Shown here piece by piece: positions 1-9,297 of a stretch of DNA of 64,000 nucleotides. The position numbers were made by a program, and so were the translations under genes. The notes beneath the pieces are model-generated. The model was not told where the DNA came from. It worked only from the letters and a program-made list of their open reading frames with translations, and did not search any database. The DNA is from a virus (taxonomy: Duplodnaviria > Heunggongvirae > Uroviricota > Caudoviricetes). Position 1 is the first letter of the stretch, and every line of letters begins with the position of its first letter. The stretch spans positions 168,697 to 232,696 of the IMG/VR virus record IMGVR_UViG_3300017792_000001; one strand, written 5' to 3'.

Positions 1-956
1 GCGGCCTTGGCGGCTGCTGGCTTAGCTGCTTTCTTCGCTGCTGGCTTGGCTGCTTTAGCGGCGGCCGGCTTTGCAGCTTTCTTCGCGGCAGGTTTAGCTG
101 CCTTGGTAGCGGCGGCCTTGGCCGGAGCTTTTACTGCTTTCTTGGCTTCGGTCTTGACGGCTTTCTTGACCGCTGGGGTCTTGACTGCCTTCTTAACTTC
201 GGCTTTGATCGCTTTCTTCACGGCCGGGGTTTTCACAGCAGTTTTAACTGCTTTCTTCGCGGCTGGCTTGACGGCCTTGGTGGTAGCTGCTTTCGAAGCG
301 CGTGGCTTCTTGGCAACAGTACCGCCGGATGCAGCAGGCGCTTTACGAGCCGACTGATGCGGGCCTTTACCTGGGTGCTTGGCGCCCAGCTTGGCGCGAA
401 TACCGGCCAGCTTGTTCTTGCGAGCAGTGGTCAGCTTGGAGCGGGTTGCGCCCAATTTGGCCAGCGAAGCTTTGTGCTTGTCACGCAGAGCAGCGCCCTT
501 GGCTTTACGCTGGGCAACTGGCAGGCCTTTCAGCTTGGCGCGAGCAGCTTTGTACGACGCGCTCAGGCCTTTGCGCTTGGCGCTCAGGGCTGCACGTTGC
601 TTGGCTGCGGCTTCGCGGATTTTCTTGGTCTGCTCGACAGTCTTCGACTTCAACTTGCCGTGCGACTGATGCTTCTTCCACCAGGCCTTGTATTCTTTCA
701 CCGCAGCGCGCGGATCCTGACCAGCCTTCTGAGCACGACGGATCACACGCTTCTCGCCGGCTGCATACTTCTCAGCAGGAGTGCGGGTGCGACGCGCGGT
801 CTTGGCTTTGGCGTTGGTGGCCGACTTGGTTTTCTTTGCAGCGACGCGAGCGGCTTTACGCTTCGCTTTCGCTTCTGGACTCATGTCCATTTTCACTTTC
901 ACGGGTTTGGCGAATTTGCCTGCGCCCTTTTTCTGTACGAGACGGGTAGTCGCCAT
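1..956 (-). CDS. Histone H1/AlgP-like Lys/Ala-rich DNA-binding protein (partial, runs off left edge, >=318 aa)
   Basis: Missing from the ORF track. ATG at 956 with CAGGAG RBS; reads MATTRLVQKKGAGKFAKPVK...AATTKAVKPAAKKAVKT with repeated KPAAKK. The + strand ORFs here are its antisense shadows. Confidence 0.85.
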   Translation of the reverse strand, partial: MATTRLVQKKGAGKFAKPVKVKMDMSPEAKAKRKAARVAAKKTKSATNAKAKTARRTRTPAEKYAAGEKRVIRRAQKAGQDPRAAVKEYKAWWKKHQSHGKLKSKTVEQTKKIREAAAKQRAALSAKRKGLSASYKAARAKLKGLPVAQRKAKGAALRDKHKASLAKLGATRSKLTTARKNKLAGIRAKLGAKHPGKGPHQSARKAPAASGGTVAKKPRASKAATTKAVKPAAKKAVKTAVKTPAVKKAIKAEVKKAVKTPAVKKAVKTEAKKAVKAPAKAAATKAAKPAAKKAAKPAAAKAAKPAAKKAAKPAAAKA

Positions 957-1125
957 GATTGGCAATCTCCTGGGTTTGGGTTGTAATAGGCATCGAGGAC
1001 TTTCTTACAACCTTAGCGCCAAGGTCTAACGTCTCTCGATGTACAAAAAATTAGTATTATCCAATACGTGCAACGGAAGTCTCGCTCTATGATCAGTCAA
1101 ATCCTGCCAATTCTGCCAGACGCCT

Positions 1126-2184
1126 TTAGGAAATACCTAACTCGTTCATGGCTTCGCGGACAATTGACTTGGCTATGCTGATGTCCTTCTTGTTGTAGCC
1201 TTCACCGACAAGGAACTTGGTAAGTCCGGTAGTTGGTTTGATACGAGACACTTGGCTAACCAAACCCAGTTGTTCAGGACTGGTTGGACTATCCGTGGAA
1301 TCGTTCTTCTTTTTCGTCTCACTGTTGAAGATGCCACCAGTGATGTTCGGATACTGGATGCGCAGATCAGCTGGGATCAGGACATCCGGTGCAACCAGCA
1401 ACTTGTATCGCAGGTTGTTATTGTCCTTCAACTTGGAGAAGTCAGAAGGGCTTTCGATCACGACCGTATGCAGTTCGAAGTTCGGATGATTGTCGATGAA
1501 CCGATGCTTCATCTGGACTTCATTCTTCTGCGTCTGGGTCTTGAAGTGGATAAACCCTTTCGGCAGCGACTCACCGAAGTTCTTCTGGTACGGGTTGCCA
1601 TTGAAGATCAGGCGCTGATTCTTCATGTGCTGGTACTGGTGGATGTGGCCCGAGATTGTGTAGTCTCGTTTGTGGCTACCGAAGTCATGGCTAACCTTCA
1701 TCGGTCGACCGTTATCTCCGATTGCACCGTTCGCGGCGATGTGAGCGAAGTTCAAGCTACCTTCTTTCTCAGTCAACGACGCATTACACGGCCACGCACA
1801 GAAGTTGACCAGTGTTCCATCAATGCGATCCTGTTCGGGCGCAAGGAAGATACGGAACGATTTGAAGAACCCATGTTCCGTCAGGAGCTTCAACAGGTCA
1901 CAGCTGGTACTCGTACTATCACTACGATCGTGGTTGCCACCAACGTAGTAGATATTCAGGATGCCGTCGTACTTCTTCAGGAACATAACCAGCTTCAAGT
2001 AGGTACTGAACGGCATCGACGGATGATCAGACAGGTCACCAGGCCAGAACACATGGCGAATACCTTTCGACATGGCGTACTGGTTAACCTTGTCCACTTC
2101 CTTGAGTTGACGATCAGTCGCATCAATGAAGTGTTTGTTCATACCGTCAAGATGGAAGTCACTGGTAGAAAGGGCTTCGAGCAT
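1126..2184 (-). CDS. sbcD: SbcD/Mre11-like metallophosphoesterase nuclease
   Basis: Motifs SDFH, GDLSD, GNHD, AH, SGHIH, GNP; start probably 2184 (TAATG overlap with the upstream gene); near SbcC. Confidence 0.9.
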   Translation of the reverse strand: MLEALSTSDFHLDGMNKHFIDATDRQLKEVDKVNQYAMSKGIRHVFWPGDLSDHPSMPFSTYLKLVMFLKKYDGILNIYYVGGNHDRSDSTSTSCDLLKLLTEHGFFKSFRIFLAPEQDRIDGTLVNFCAWPCNASLTEKEGSLNFAHIAANGAIGDNGRPMKVSHDFGSHKRDYTISGHIHQYQHMKNQRLIFNGNPYQKNFGESLPKGFIHFKTQTQKNEVQMKHRFIDNHPNFELHTVVIESPSDFSKLKDNNNLRYKLLVAPDVLIPADLRIQYPNITGGIFNSETKKKNDSTDSPTSPEQLGLVSQVSRIKPTTGLTKFLVGEGYNKKDISIAKSIVREAMNELGIS

Positions 2185-3044
2185 TACATATTTTCCACTA
2201 ACGGCGGGAGCCACGTTGCGTCAGTCACAAAGCCAGCAGCGTTCAAATGTCCACTGCCACCGTATTCCATCGCGAGACGCTGGGCTGCACCTTGAGTTTG
2301 AGGTAGAGAGCGTACACTCCATTTACGCTTTCCGTTACCCAGATCCTCGTAAGCCATTGCAACCATCGGCAGCTTGCACAACTCGTCCAGTACCAAGCTT
2401 TGCAGAACACGGTTCACGTTGACGACTGGAATGGAATAACCCTGCCATGCCATGTACATCAACTTGAGACGCGCTTGCGGTAGCACGGTGTTGTGGATGA
2501 AGTTGTAGACATTACGACCGGAGAAGATCAAGGCGTTCACCTTGTCGTCGTCTTCGATCAGCGAATGCCAGAACGAGATGGTTTGAATTTCGGTCAACGC
2601 ACCATAGAAGAAGTAATCGTCCTCAATGGTCTTGCCCACATGCAGGTCGTGATTGCGCACAAGCTGCACTGCCTTCGGCAAATCCGTCGGCGAGTAGGAC
2701 TTCCAGGCCAAGCTTGCACCAGACTCATGGTCGTCGTAATAGACGGTGAGTTTGTTGGTGAGCTTATCTGCGGCTTGCAGTGCCTTGATGTTGGCGACAG
2801 CACCGTCATGGTGGTCGATGATCCGCATCGTGTTGCACGAATCGAGCAGGCCGAGCATCAGGCCCAACTGGTTGTGGCAGAAGTCAACGAAGATGATGTC
2901 AGAGCCGACTGGGAGGTCTGGCATCGGTGAGCTGTACCTACACGGGTAATACGTTATTGTTGGATCTTTTTCGAAATGCGCGACTACGGCTGCAGCCATA
3001 ATCCCGTCATTGCATTCAGCATGGTACAACACTACCTTTGCCAT
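2184..3044 (-). CDS. DHH/DHHA1 family phosphoesterase
   Basis: YHAECNDG, VDF, IIDHH, SGASLAW, SVRS, GGSGHLNAAG motifs. Confidence 0.85.
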   Translation of the reverse strand: MAKVVLYHAECNDGIMAAAVVAHFEKDPTITYYPCRYSSPMPDLPVGSDIIFVDFCHNQLGLMLGLLDSCNTMRIIDHHDGAVANIKALQAADKLTNKLTVYYDDHESGASLAWKSYSPTDLPKAVQLVRNHDLHVGKTIEDDYFFYGALTEIQTISFWHSLIEDDDKVNALIFSGRNVYNFIHNTVLPQARLKLMYMAWQGYSIPVVNVNRVLQSLVLDELCKLPMVAMAYEDLGNGKRKWSVRSLPQTQGAAQRLAMEYGGSGHLNAAGFVTDATWLPPLVENM

Positions 3045-3052
3045 AGAGCACC

Positions 3053-3784
3053 TCAGCTTTTAGCCGCAATGGCGCGCATGTAGTTGATTTCATACGCGCT
3101 GATTCCATAACGACGTGCTAGGGCTTCGGAATCCCCACCTTCGCGCATAGCTTCGCGATAAATCAAAGCCGTCTCAGAGGACAGGATATCATTCAGCCTT
3201 GCACGCTGTTTGTCGTTTAACGGACTACCCTTCAACTTGGCCAGGTCGGCGTTCAACTTCACCAGTGTGTTGCGGCTCGCCATCCAATTGCAGATGCGCT
3301 CCTTGATCACAGATTGGTGGGTCGCACGCGGCAACTGGTAGATGAAGGTCATCAGTTGATTTAGCAAGGTACGCTGGGCTTTGACTTCATCCACTGACAT
3401 TTGAACAATGTCGAATCCCGTGCGGGTTAAGGCCTGGAACTCTAGTTCCTCAAAGTCGAGTTTAAGCGGCAAGCACTTGAACCCGTCAATGTGGAGGTCT
3501 GCACCGATTTTGAAATCCATGTGCTTGAAGTTATAGCCCGACAATGCGATTGGCGTATCGAACACCAAGAAGATCACATTGTCGAAGCTCTTGTCATAGC
3601 TCACGTTTCGGCGCAAGTCCTTAACGCTGAAAAACACCACAAACTCAACCTGCTTTGGCTTTCTTTTTGGCAGGAGCGCGTCTGGCGTTAGCATCAGCAC
3701 TTGGCTTCGCTTTACCTTTCTTTCCTTGTTTAGCCTCACCAGAACTTCGTCCGGGGCGTGGCAACCGAAACTTGCTACTTTCAT
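3053..3784 (-). CDS. Hypothetical protein, possibly HolA(delta)-like clamp-loader accessory subunit
   Basis: 243 aa ORF with GGAG RBS; the function is suggested only by context and the C-terminal LARRYGISAY motif. Confidence 0.55.
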   Translation of the reverse strand: MKVASFGCHAPDEVLVRLNKERKVKRSQVLMLTPDALLPKRKPKQVEFVVFFSVKDLRRNVSYDKSFDNVIFLVFDTPIALSGYNFKHMDFKIGADLHIDGFKCLPLKLDFEELEFQALTRTGFDIVQMSVDEVKAQRTLLNQLMTFIYQLPRATHQSVIKERICNWMASRNTLVKLNADLAKLKGSPLNDKQRARLNDILSSETALIYREAMREGGDSEALARRYGISAYEINYMRAIAAKS

Positions 3785-6083
3785 CGTCGCTCTCCACTAC
3801 TTTAGACACGCCACCTTTCTTCGTCACCGTGATGTAATGGCACTCGCTGTACAAATGCTTGCTCAGCGGAGTTACCAGAAACACGTGTGGCACTAGAGTG
3901 CGCAATGCTGGAATAAACCGTTCAACGAACAGGGAGCGAGTGGTATCGTCCATGTGGCTGTCTGGTTCATCAAGCACGCAGAAGTTGGTACGGCGATCAT
4001 CTTCAACCATGACTAGCATCACCCACATCCAGAGTAGGCGGAAGCAGTCAGACTCAGCACCAGACAACAGGCGCACGTCAGATTCTTTGCCGTTCCCTCG
4101 ATCAACTCGGCAATGCACACCATCTTCTTTGGCGAACAGAGTGAACTTGAAAGGTTCGGCGAATATCAGGTTGGAGTAGCGGTTCATGAGTTGTTCGATC
4201 TGGAACAACACACCGTTTGCAGCCGTGATCTTCAAACCCTTGGCGCTGTAGCCTTTCTCCAGGGACTTGAACATATCACGTTGAGCGATGATTGGCTTAA
4301 TGAGCTCCAGTTTCTCCAGTGCGTCCTTACGTTCGCGTCGGAGTACCTTATACTCACTGGCCTTTGAGCCAAGATTGGAACAGATGTCTTGCGCCTTCGT
4401 GTAACGGCGTTCGATTTTCTTGTACCGAGCTTGAGCGTCACTCAGTTTATTAGACAACGAAACAGCATCAATGGTTCCGTGCTGATTTTCGAGTGATTCC
4501 AAAACGCTATCAATGCGCTGAATCTCGGAATGCGCTTCGAAGATTTCCTCCAGTTGATCCAGTGAATACTTCGGCTCGACGATAACCTTCTCGGGAGCTT
4601 TCAACTTGGACAAACGGGTGGTCAGCTTTTCAACCTGTGTTGCGGCTTCAAACTGGCTTTCGAGTTTGTCGAAGGTGTCACTGTCAGCCGCGTACTGCTT
4701 ACGGCGCTCAACAAAGGCAGCATCGTCAAACTTGATCTTCTTGTCACGCACGCGCACGTAGGCTAACGCCGCATCAAACTGCTCAATGTGGGTTTCCAGC
4801 TTGTCGATGGCTTTCTCTGCCTTCTTGATGTGCTTGCGGATCTTGTCAATCTCGACCTGCTGCATACAAGTTGGGCATTCACCATCGGTGCAGTCATGCA
4901 GAATGGACTTGAGTTGCAGTACGGCTTTATGCTGCACCAGCTCCTCTTCCTGACGACCCTTACCGAACGCAACGGCTACCGGTGCATCTTTACGCTTGAG
5001 ACCAACAGCTTCACACGCGAGTGCCAGTTCTTCCTTGCGCTTCTCCAGAGACTTCCACTCTTGACGGACTTCGTGCAACTCCGTGAGGGCCTTTTCTTCT
5101 GCCTTCAGGTGAGCATTCAGCGCCTTGAGTTTCTTCTTGAGTACAGCGATAGGCTTGGTCTTGCCGAGTTCTTCAACCTGCTGCTCCAGTTGTTTCTTCT
5201 GGGCTTTGTAGGTCTTGAGTTCGGACTGGTATTCTTCCATGTCGCGATGCCACTTGCGTTCTTCCTTTGCACGCTTCAGGTCGATCGGTGGCTTGAGCTT
5301 CTTGCGCTTCGCTTTCAGCTTGTCGTACTGCTCGACAATTGCCAATGCAGCCTTGTATTTCTGGATCTTCGATTGCAGGGTCTTGCTGTCACCACCGAGA
5401 GTCTTGATGACCTCACGGGCTTCGTCCAGCTCTGCCGCACTTTCTTTAGACCAAGCGAGACGTTCCAACAAGCCGTTGATCTTCACCAACTGTTGGTTGA
5501 GGACGTCAAACTCTACCTGCTTGTTCTTAATCTCACCGAGCTTCTTGGTGAAATACTTCTTGAGCTGGTCGTATACGTCCAGACGGAAGATGGAGGTGAT
5601 GTACTGTAGTCGCGCTGCTGGCTTGTCGATCTGGAAGTTCAGAGGACGTTGGCTTTGCAGGTAGACGTAGGAGTAAAATTCTTCTTCGGTGATAGGAAAA
5701 ATCTCGGCAATCTTCGTCTTTTGTAACGGGATCGTCCGAGATTCTATGTCTTTGCCATCTTCTTCAATAACGAACTTGGAACTTGTTTGAGTGATGCTGT
5801 ACGGAACATTGTTGTTCCCCACAAACGCCATCTTAATGCGCGCGGCCGCAGACGTGAGCATATCTTTCTTGCTCTTGGTCTGCGCGAGCGGAGTCGCTTC
5901 ATAACGAAGGTTCGGAATGGACGACAGCAACAGACTTTTACCAGCACCGTTGCTCGTCTCACTCGAAATGCGGCTGTCCTCATTGTGACCACTGATCACG
6001 GTAAAAGGATGCCGGTCTACTGCAAGTCGCACTTTCTTGAAGAGGACGACATTATCCAGCTCAATGTCGGTCACTCTCAGCAT
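3645..6083 (-). CDS. sbcC: SbcC/Rad50-like SMC ATPase
   Basis: Walker A SNGAGKS, coiled coils, zinc hook CPTC, signature LSGAE, Walker B VLDEP. Confidence 0.93.
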   Translation of the reverse strand: MLRVTDIELDNVVLFKKVRLAVDRHPFTVISGHNEDSRISSETSNGAGKSLLLSSIPNLRYEATPLAQTKSKKDMLTSAAARIKMAFVGNNNVPYSITQTSSKFVIEEDGKDIESRTIPLQKTKIAEIFPITEEEFYSYVYLQSQRPLNFQIDKPAARLQYITSIFRLDVYDQLKKYFTKKLGEIKNKQVEFDVLNQQLVKINGLLERLAWSKESAAELDEAREVIKTLGGDSKTLQSKIQKYKAALAIVEQYDKLKAKRKKLKPPIDLKRAKEERKWHRDMEEYQSELKTYKAQKKQLEQQVEELGKTKPIAVLKKKLKALNAHLKAEEKALTELHEVRQEWKSLEKRKEELALACEAVGLKRKDAPVAVAFGKGRQEEELVQHKAVLQLKSILHDCTDGECPTCMQQVEIDKIRKHIKKAEKAIDKLETHIEQFDAALAYVRVRDKKIKFDDAAFVERRKQYAADSDTFDKLESQFEAATQVEKLTTRLSKLKAPEKVIVEPKYSLDQLEEIFEAHSEIQRIDSVLESLENQHGTIDAVSLSNKLSDAQARYKKIERRYTKAQDICSNLGSKASEYKVLRRERKDALEKLELIKPIIAQRDMFKSLEKGYSAKGLKITAANGVLFQIEQLMNRYSNLIFAEPFKFTLFAKEDGVHCRVDRGNGKESDVRLLSGAESDCFRLLWMWVMLVMVEDDRRTNFCVLDEPDSHMDDTTRSLFVERFIPALRTLVPHVFLVTPLSKHLYSECHYITVTKKGGVSKVVESDDESSKFRLPRPGRSSGEAKQGKKGKAKPSADANARRAPAKKKAKAG

Positions 6084-6089
6084 GTTTGA

Positions 6090-7238
6090 TTATTCCGAAT
6101 GGTCGATGATGAACTTGCCCATGTGGGTTTGCAGCAAGACGGCTTCGTCAATTGCGCAACTGTTCATGGCGAGCTCCACGTTGTTGACTACTTCCTGGAG
6201 CAGGATCAGGACTTTCAAGTTGAACTTGATTTCCATCTTCTGTGCAACCGATTCGAACACACGACCGGCGTACGGCGTGAACTTGGCGGTCTTGGTCTTC
6301 GAACCAATGAGGTAGTCGAGCAACATGCGGCTCTTGTACACGATGCCGCGCGGGTTCTGCGCTTTGCGGATGATCGAGATACAGCCCGGCAGGTCACGAT
6401 TGAGTGCGGCTGCAATAACGCTGGCGCAGGCTTTGTCCAGATCAACGGCAGCAGACTCGACGTAGTGCGCGAGTGCGCCCTTCTCTTTCAGGTTCAGTTC
6501 ACCAGACGCTGCGGCGTACATCAGCTTTTCGAGGATCGCCAGGCCGCCACGAACACTACCGTCAGAGAACTGGGCGATCAGCTTGATGGCTTTGGCGCCG
6601 TCTTTACTGTCGATGAACTTCATGCCTTCCAGTTCTGCAACCTGCGTCAGGCGCTTAGCAATCTGTTCTGGTTCGACAGTCTTGAGCGTGATGGTTGTGC
6701 AACGGTCGACGATGGTCTTGAGCAACTTCTCTGGGTTGGTGGTACCAAGAATCCAGATTGTGTGCGGGCTGGGTTCTTCCAGTGGAACCAGAAGCGCCTC
6801 GGCCGACGCACCTGTGAGCTTGTGGGCTTCGTCAACGAAGATGATCCGGTAGTTGGTCATCGGCGCAGAACGACTGCCTTTGATCACGGTACGGATATCT
6901 TCGACTTTACCCTGGGTTGCAGCGTTGATCGTCGTGATGTCCGGGTGCTTTTCGCCCAGCTTGTACGCCATGGAGTCCTTGACGTTCTTGGGATCATCGG
7001 CGTTCATGTACGCAGCAAGAATCCTGGCGAGTGTGGTCTTACCGCAACCAGTGGCACCGCTGAGTAGGATCGCACCAGGGAACTTGCGAGTCTTGATCAT
7101 GCCTTTGATTACGGCGACTTCTTGCTCGTTACCGACCACGTCTTTCAGAGTACGCGGTCGATACTTAACGGCGAGTGACAGCGTTGCAGATGCTGTCTCC
7201 TCAACCTTCTCCTTTTTCGGTTTATCTTTCTTCGCCAC
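6090..7238 (-). CDS. dnaX: DNA polymerase III gamma-like clamp loader ATPase
   Basis: KYRPRTLKDVVG, GATGCGKTT, IIFVDEAHKL, LEEP, TTNPEKL, DGSVR. Confidence 0.92.
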   Translation of the reverse strand: MAKKDKPKKEKVEETASATLSLAVKYRPRTLKDVVGNEQEVAVIKGMIKTRKFPGAILLSGATGCGKTTLARILAAYMNADDPKNVKDSMAYKLGEKHPDITTINAATQGKVEDIRTVIKGSRSAPMTNYRIIFVDEAHKLTGASAEALLVPLEEPSPHTIWILGTTNPEKLLKTIVDRCTTITLKTVEPEQIAKRLTQVAELEGMKFIDSKDGAKAIKLIAQFSDGSVRGGLAILEKLMYAAASGELNLKEKGALAHYVESAAVDLDKACASVIAAALNRDLPGCISIIRKAQNPRGIVYKSRMLLDYLIGSKTKTAKFTPYAGRVFESVAQKMEIKFNLKVLILLQEVVNNVELAMNSCAIDEAVLLQTHMGKFIIDHSE

Positions 7239-7240
7239 GA

Positions 7241-7786
7241 TTAGAGCTCCGTGTCATCTTTAAAGAAGTGGTAGGCCATCGGATACAGAGTGGCCTCGAT
7301 CTGGTGCAGACTGGTATATTCGAACTTTACAGTACCAATGCTCAACGGGAAGCACATGATACCGTGACCGCCAACTTCTTTGGCAGCATTGTAGACGCGA
7401 CGCAGATCGTTGAAGAACTTCTGGAGCGCTTCAATCGGATACGCACGACCATCAAGCCGAGCGTATTGGAAATTCATTGCACAGATGGTGTCAGTGAGCG
7501 CAACGACACGGTTAGCCTGTCTGCGAGACTTGACTAGCAGTGCGTCACGGTCAGCCTGATCAAACTCACCGCGTACCAGCACACGACCACGCGGTTGAAT
7601 ATCAAACTGCTCGATGATGTGCGGCGTGGTATTCACAGAGAGCACGATGCCTGTCTTCTGTGTGCCGAATGCTTCAACGCGTTCCAAGTAAAACTTATCG
7701 AAACGCACCTGCTTTTGTGGATAAGTGCCGAGAGTGGCGATTGGTCGGATTGCGGACATTGCTTTCAGCGTGGACAGGTCAAACAT
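7241..7786 (-). CDS. Hypothetical protein
   Basis: 181 aa ORF packed in the operon. Confidence 0.7.
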   Translation of the reverse strand: MFDLSTLKAMSAIRPIATLGTYPQKQVRFDKFYLERVEAFGTQKTGIVLSVNTTPHIIEQFDIQPRGRVLVRGEFDQADRDALLVKSRRQANRVVALTDTICAMNFQYARLDGRAYPIEALQKFFNDLRRVYNAAKEVGGHGIMCFPLSIGTVKFEYTSLHQIEATLYPMAYHFFKDDTEL

Positions 7787-7797
7787 GATGTTCTCTC

Positions 7798-8436
7798 TTA
7801 GAGCGGTCGTCGCATGTGCGGACCGTTATCGTAGGCGTTGATGCCGTAGACCTCGAAGCCCAGCTCAGTCGCGTAGTTGAACACGGCCTGGGATTCGGCG
7901 GCAATCATTGGTGTCTCGTTGTCGAGTGGACGTGACAGGCTGATCAGCCCGAAGATGTAGTACGGCTTCTGGCGCCAGCTACCTGCGTTTGCGCCTTCAA
8001 CAACAGGCTTACCGTTTTCGTCGTATGGTGCACGCACTTCAATCGACACCCACTTCGCGTCGGTATCAACGTCGGCAAGCCACGCGAGTCTGTAGTCGAG
8101 CAAGGCTTTATAGATTCCCTGCTTCTGGTGACTCGGGTTAACGAACGCGCCGCAGAGTTCCCAGTTCTTCTCCAGGAGTTCAACACGGTGCGTGGTAGTG
8201 CTGTAGTACGGGCTGTCTTCGTGCAGCACCAATGAGCCCATGCCCACGATCACGTCATCGACTACAGCAACCCAGGTACGGCGCTTCTCGTGGTTGAGCG
8301 CTTTGCCCAGAAGGTACAACTGGTGTTCGAGGTTGTGCTGCATACTCGACAGGCCGTCTGCTTCCCGCATCATGTGCAGGAGAGCGCGCAGTCCAGGTGC
8401 TTCGAGGTCTTGAGGCTTGAGTTCGCGAATGTCCAT
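7798..8436 (-). CDS. GNAT family acetyltransferase
   Basis: WVAVVDDVIVGMG; acetyl-CoA motif A FVNPSHQKQGIYKALL; LGFEVYG. Confidence 0.8.
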   Translation of the reverse strand: MDIRELKPQDLEAPGLRALLHMMREADGLSSMQHNLEHQLYLLGKALNHEKRRTWVAVVDDVIVGMGSLVLHEDSPYYSTTTHRVELLEKNWELCGAFVNPSHQKQGIYKALLDYRLAWLADVDTDAKWVSIEVRAPYDENGKPVVEGANAGSWRQKPYYIFGLISLSRPLDNETPMIAAESQAVFNYATELGFEVYGINAYDNGPHMRRPL

Positions 8437-8438
8437 GA

Positions 8439-9296
8439 TTACTTCCGTTTTTTCTTGGGCAACGGCGGCGCTTCGAGCTGGCCGCTGATCACACGGTTGT
8501 AGATACCGACGACAGACTTGCCGCCATGTGCGTTCCAGACTGGGTCTTCGAGCAGTGCTTCAAAGTGCCCAGCAATACCGCTGTCACCCTTGTGCATGTC
8601 GGTGTGATTGAAAATCTTCACCTGCTCCAAGTAGTCAGCGAACTGGGTACGAATCGGCTGCTTCTGCTTCGGCTTGTTCACGTCATCCCAGCTTGTGCCG
8701 ATGAATTCGTTGAGCATGCCACGAGTGACCCACGGGCTGATCCATTCACGACCCAGGCTGCGGCAATACTTCTTCAACTTGGAAGTCTGGGAAGTAGGGC
8801 CGATCACCTTGTTGAACTTCGGAATGCGGTAGTCGTCGATGCAGTCGCGGTAGTGCATACAGCCAGTCTTCGACAGAGCGAAGTAGATGTCGGCTGCAAG
8901 GCCGCCAGTCATCGAATGCTCTTTGCCTTGGTCGATGCAACGGCGAATAGCCCAGAACGCTTCGACTTCAACCTTGCTGCGGGTCTGGAGCAGATCAACG
9001 TTCGCTACCATGTCGCGCTTGAGCGTATCAAGGCAGCGAGGCAGCAGCACAGGCGAGAACGGAATGCCGAAGACTTGAGCGGTGTTGCGCGCTGATTTGA
9101 AGTCACGGCTCTCGTGGTCTTCCATCGTCACACTGTAGATCGTGATGTCTTTCGGCTTGTGCCCAAGTTCCAGCAGGGAGAACAGTACGGCATGGCTGTC
9201 GAGTCCGCCGGACATCAGGACCCCAAAGGGCCCGTCATGTTTCTCCAGGTTCTTCATCAAAGCCATCTTGATGTTGGGTTTAATGATCTTTCCCAC
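8439..9296 (-). CDS. Asparagine-synthetase-like ATP pyrophosphatase (synthetase domain only)
   Basis: PP-loop SGGLDS; GGLAADIYF resembles GEGADE; SPW resembles the xPF motif; no N-terminal glutaminase domain. Confidence 0.75.
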   Translation of the reverse strand: MGKIIKPNIKMALMKNLEKHDGPFGVLMSGGLDSHAVLFSLLELGHKPKDITIYSVTMEDHESRDFKSARNTAQVFGIPFSPVLLPRCLDTLKRDMVANVDLLQTRSKVEVEAFWAIRRCIDQGKEHSMTGGLAADIYFALSKTGCMHYRDCIDDYRIPKFNKVIGPTSQTSKLKKYCRSLGREWISPWVTRGMLNEFIGTSWDDVNKPKQKQPIRTQFADYLEQVKIFNHTDMHKGDSGIAGHFEALLEDPVWNAHGGKSVVGIYNRVISGQLEAPPLPKKKRK

Positions 9297-9297
9297 G

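Noticed and set aside
7-1029. Plus-strand Ala/Leu/Phe-rich ORFs
   Set aside because: Antisense shadows of the minus-strand H1-like gene
8439-9296. QueC (7-deazaguanine pathway) call
   Set aside because: SGGLDS is shared, but the QueC C-terminal Cys cluster is absent, no folE/queD/queE/dpdA is seen, and other motifs fit Asn synthetase
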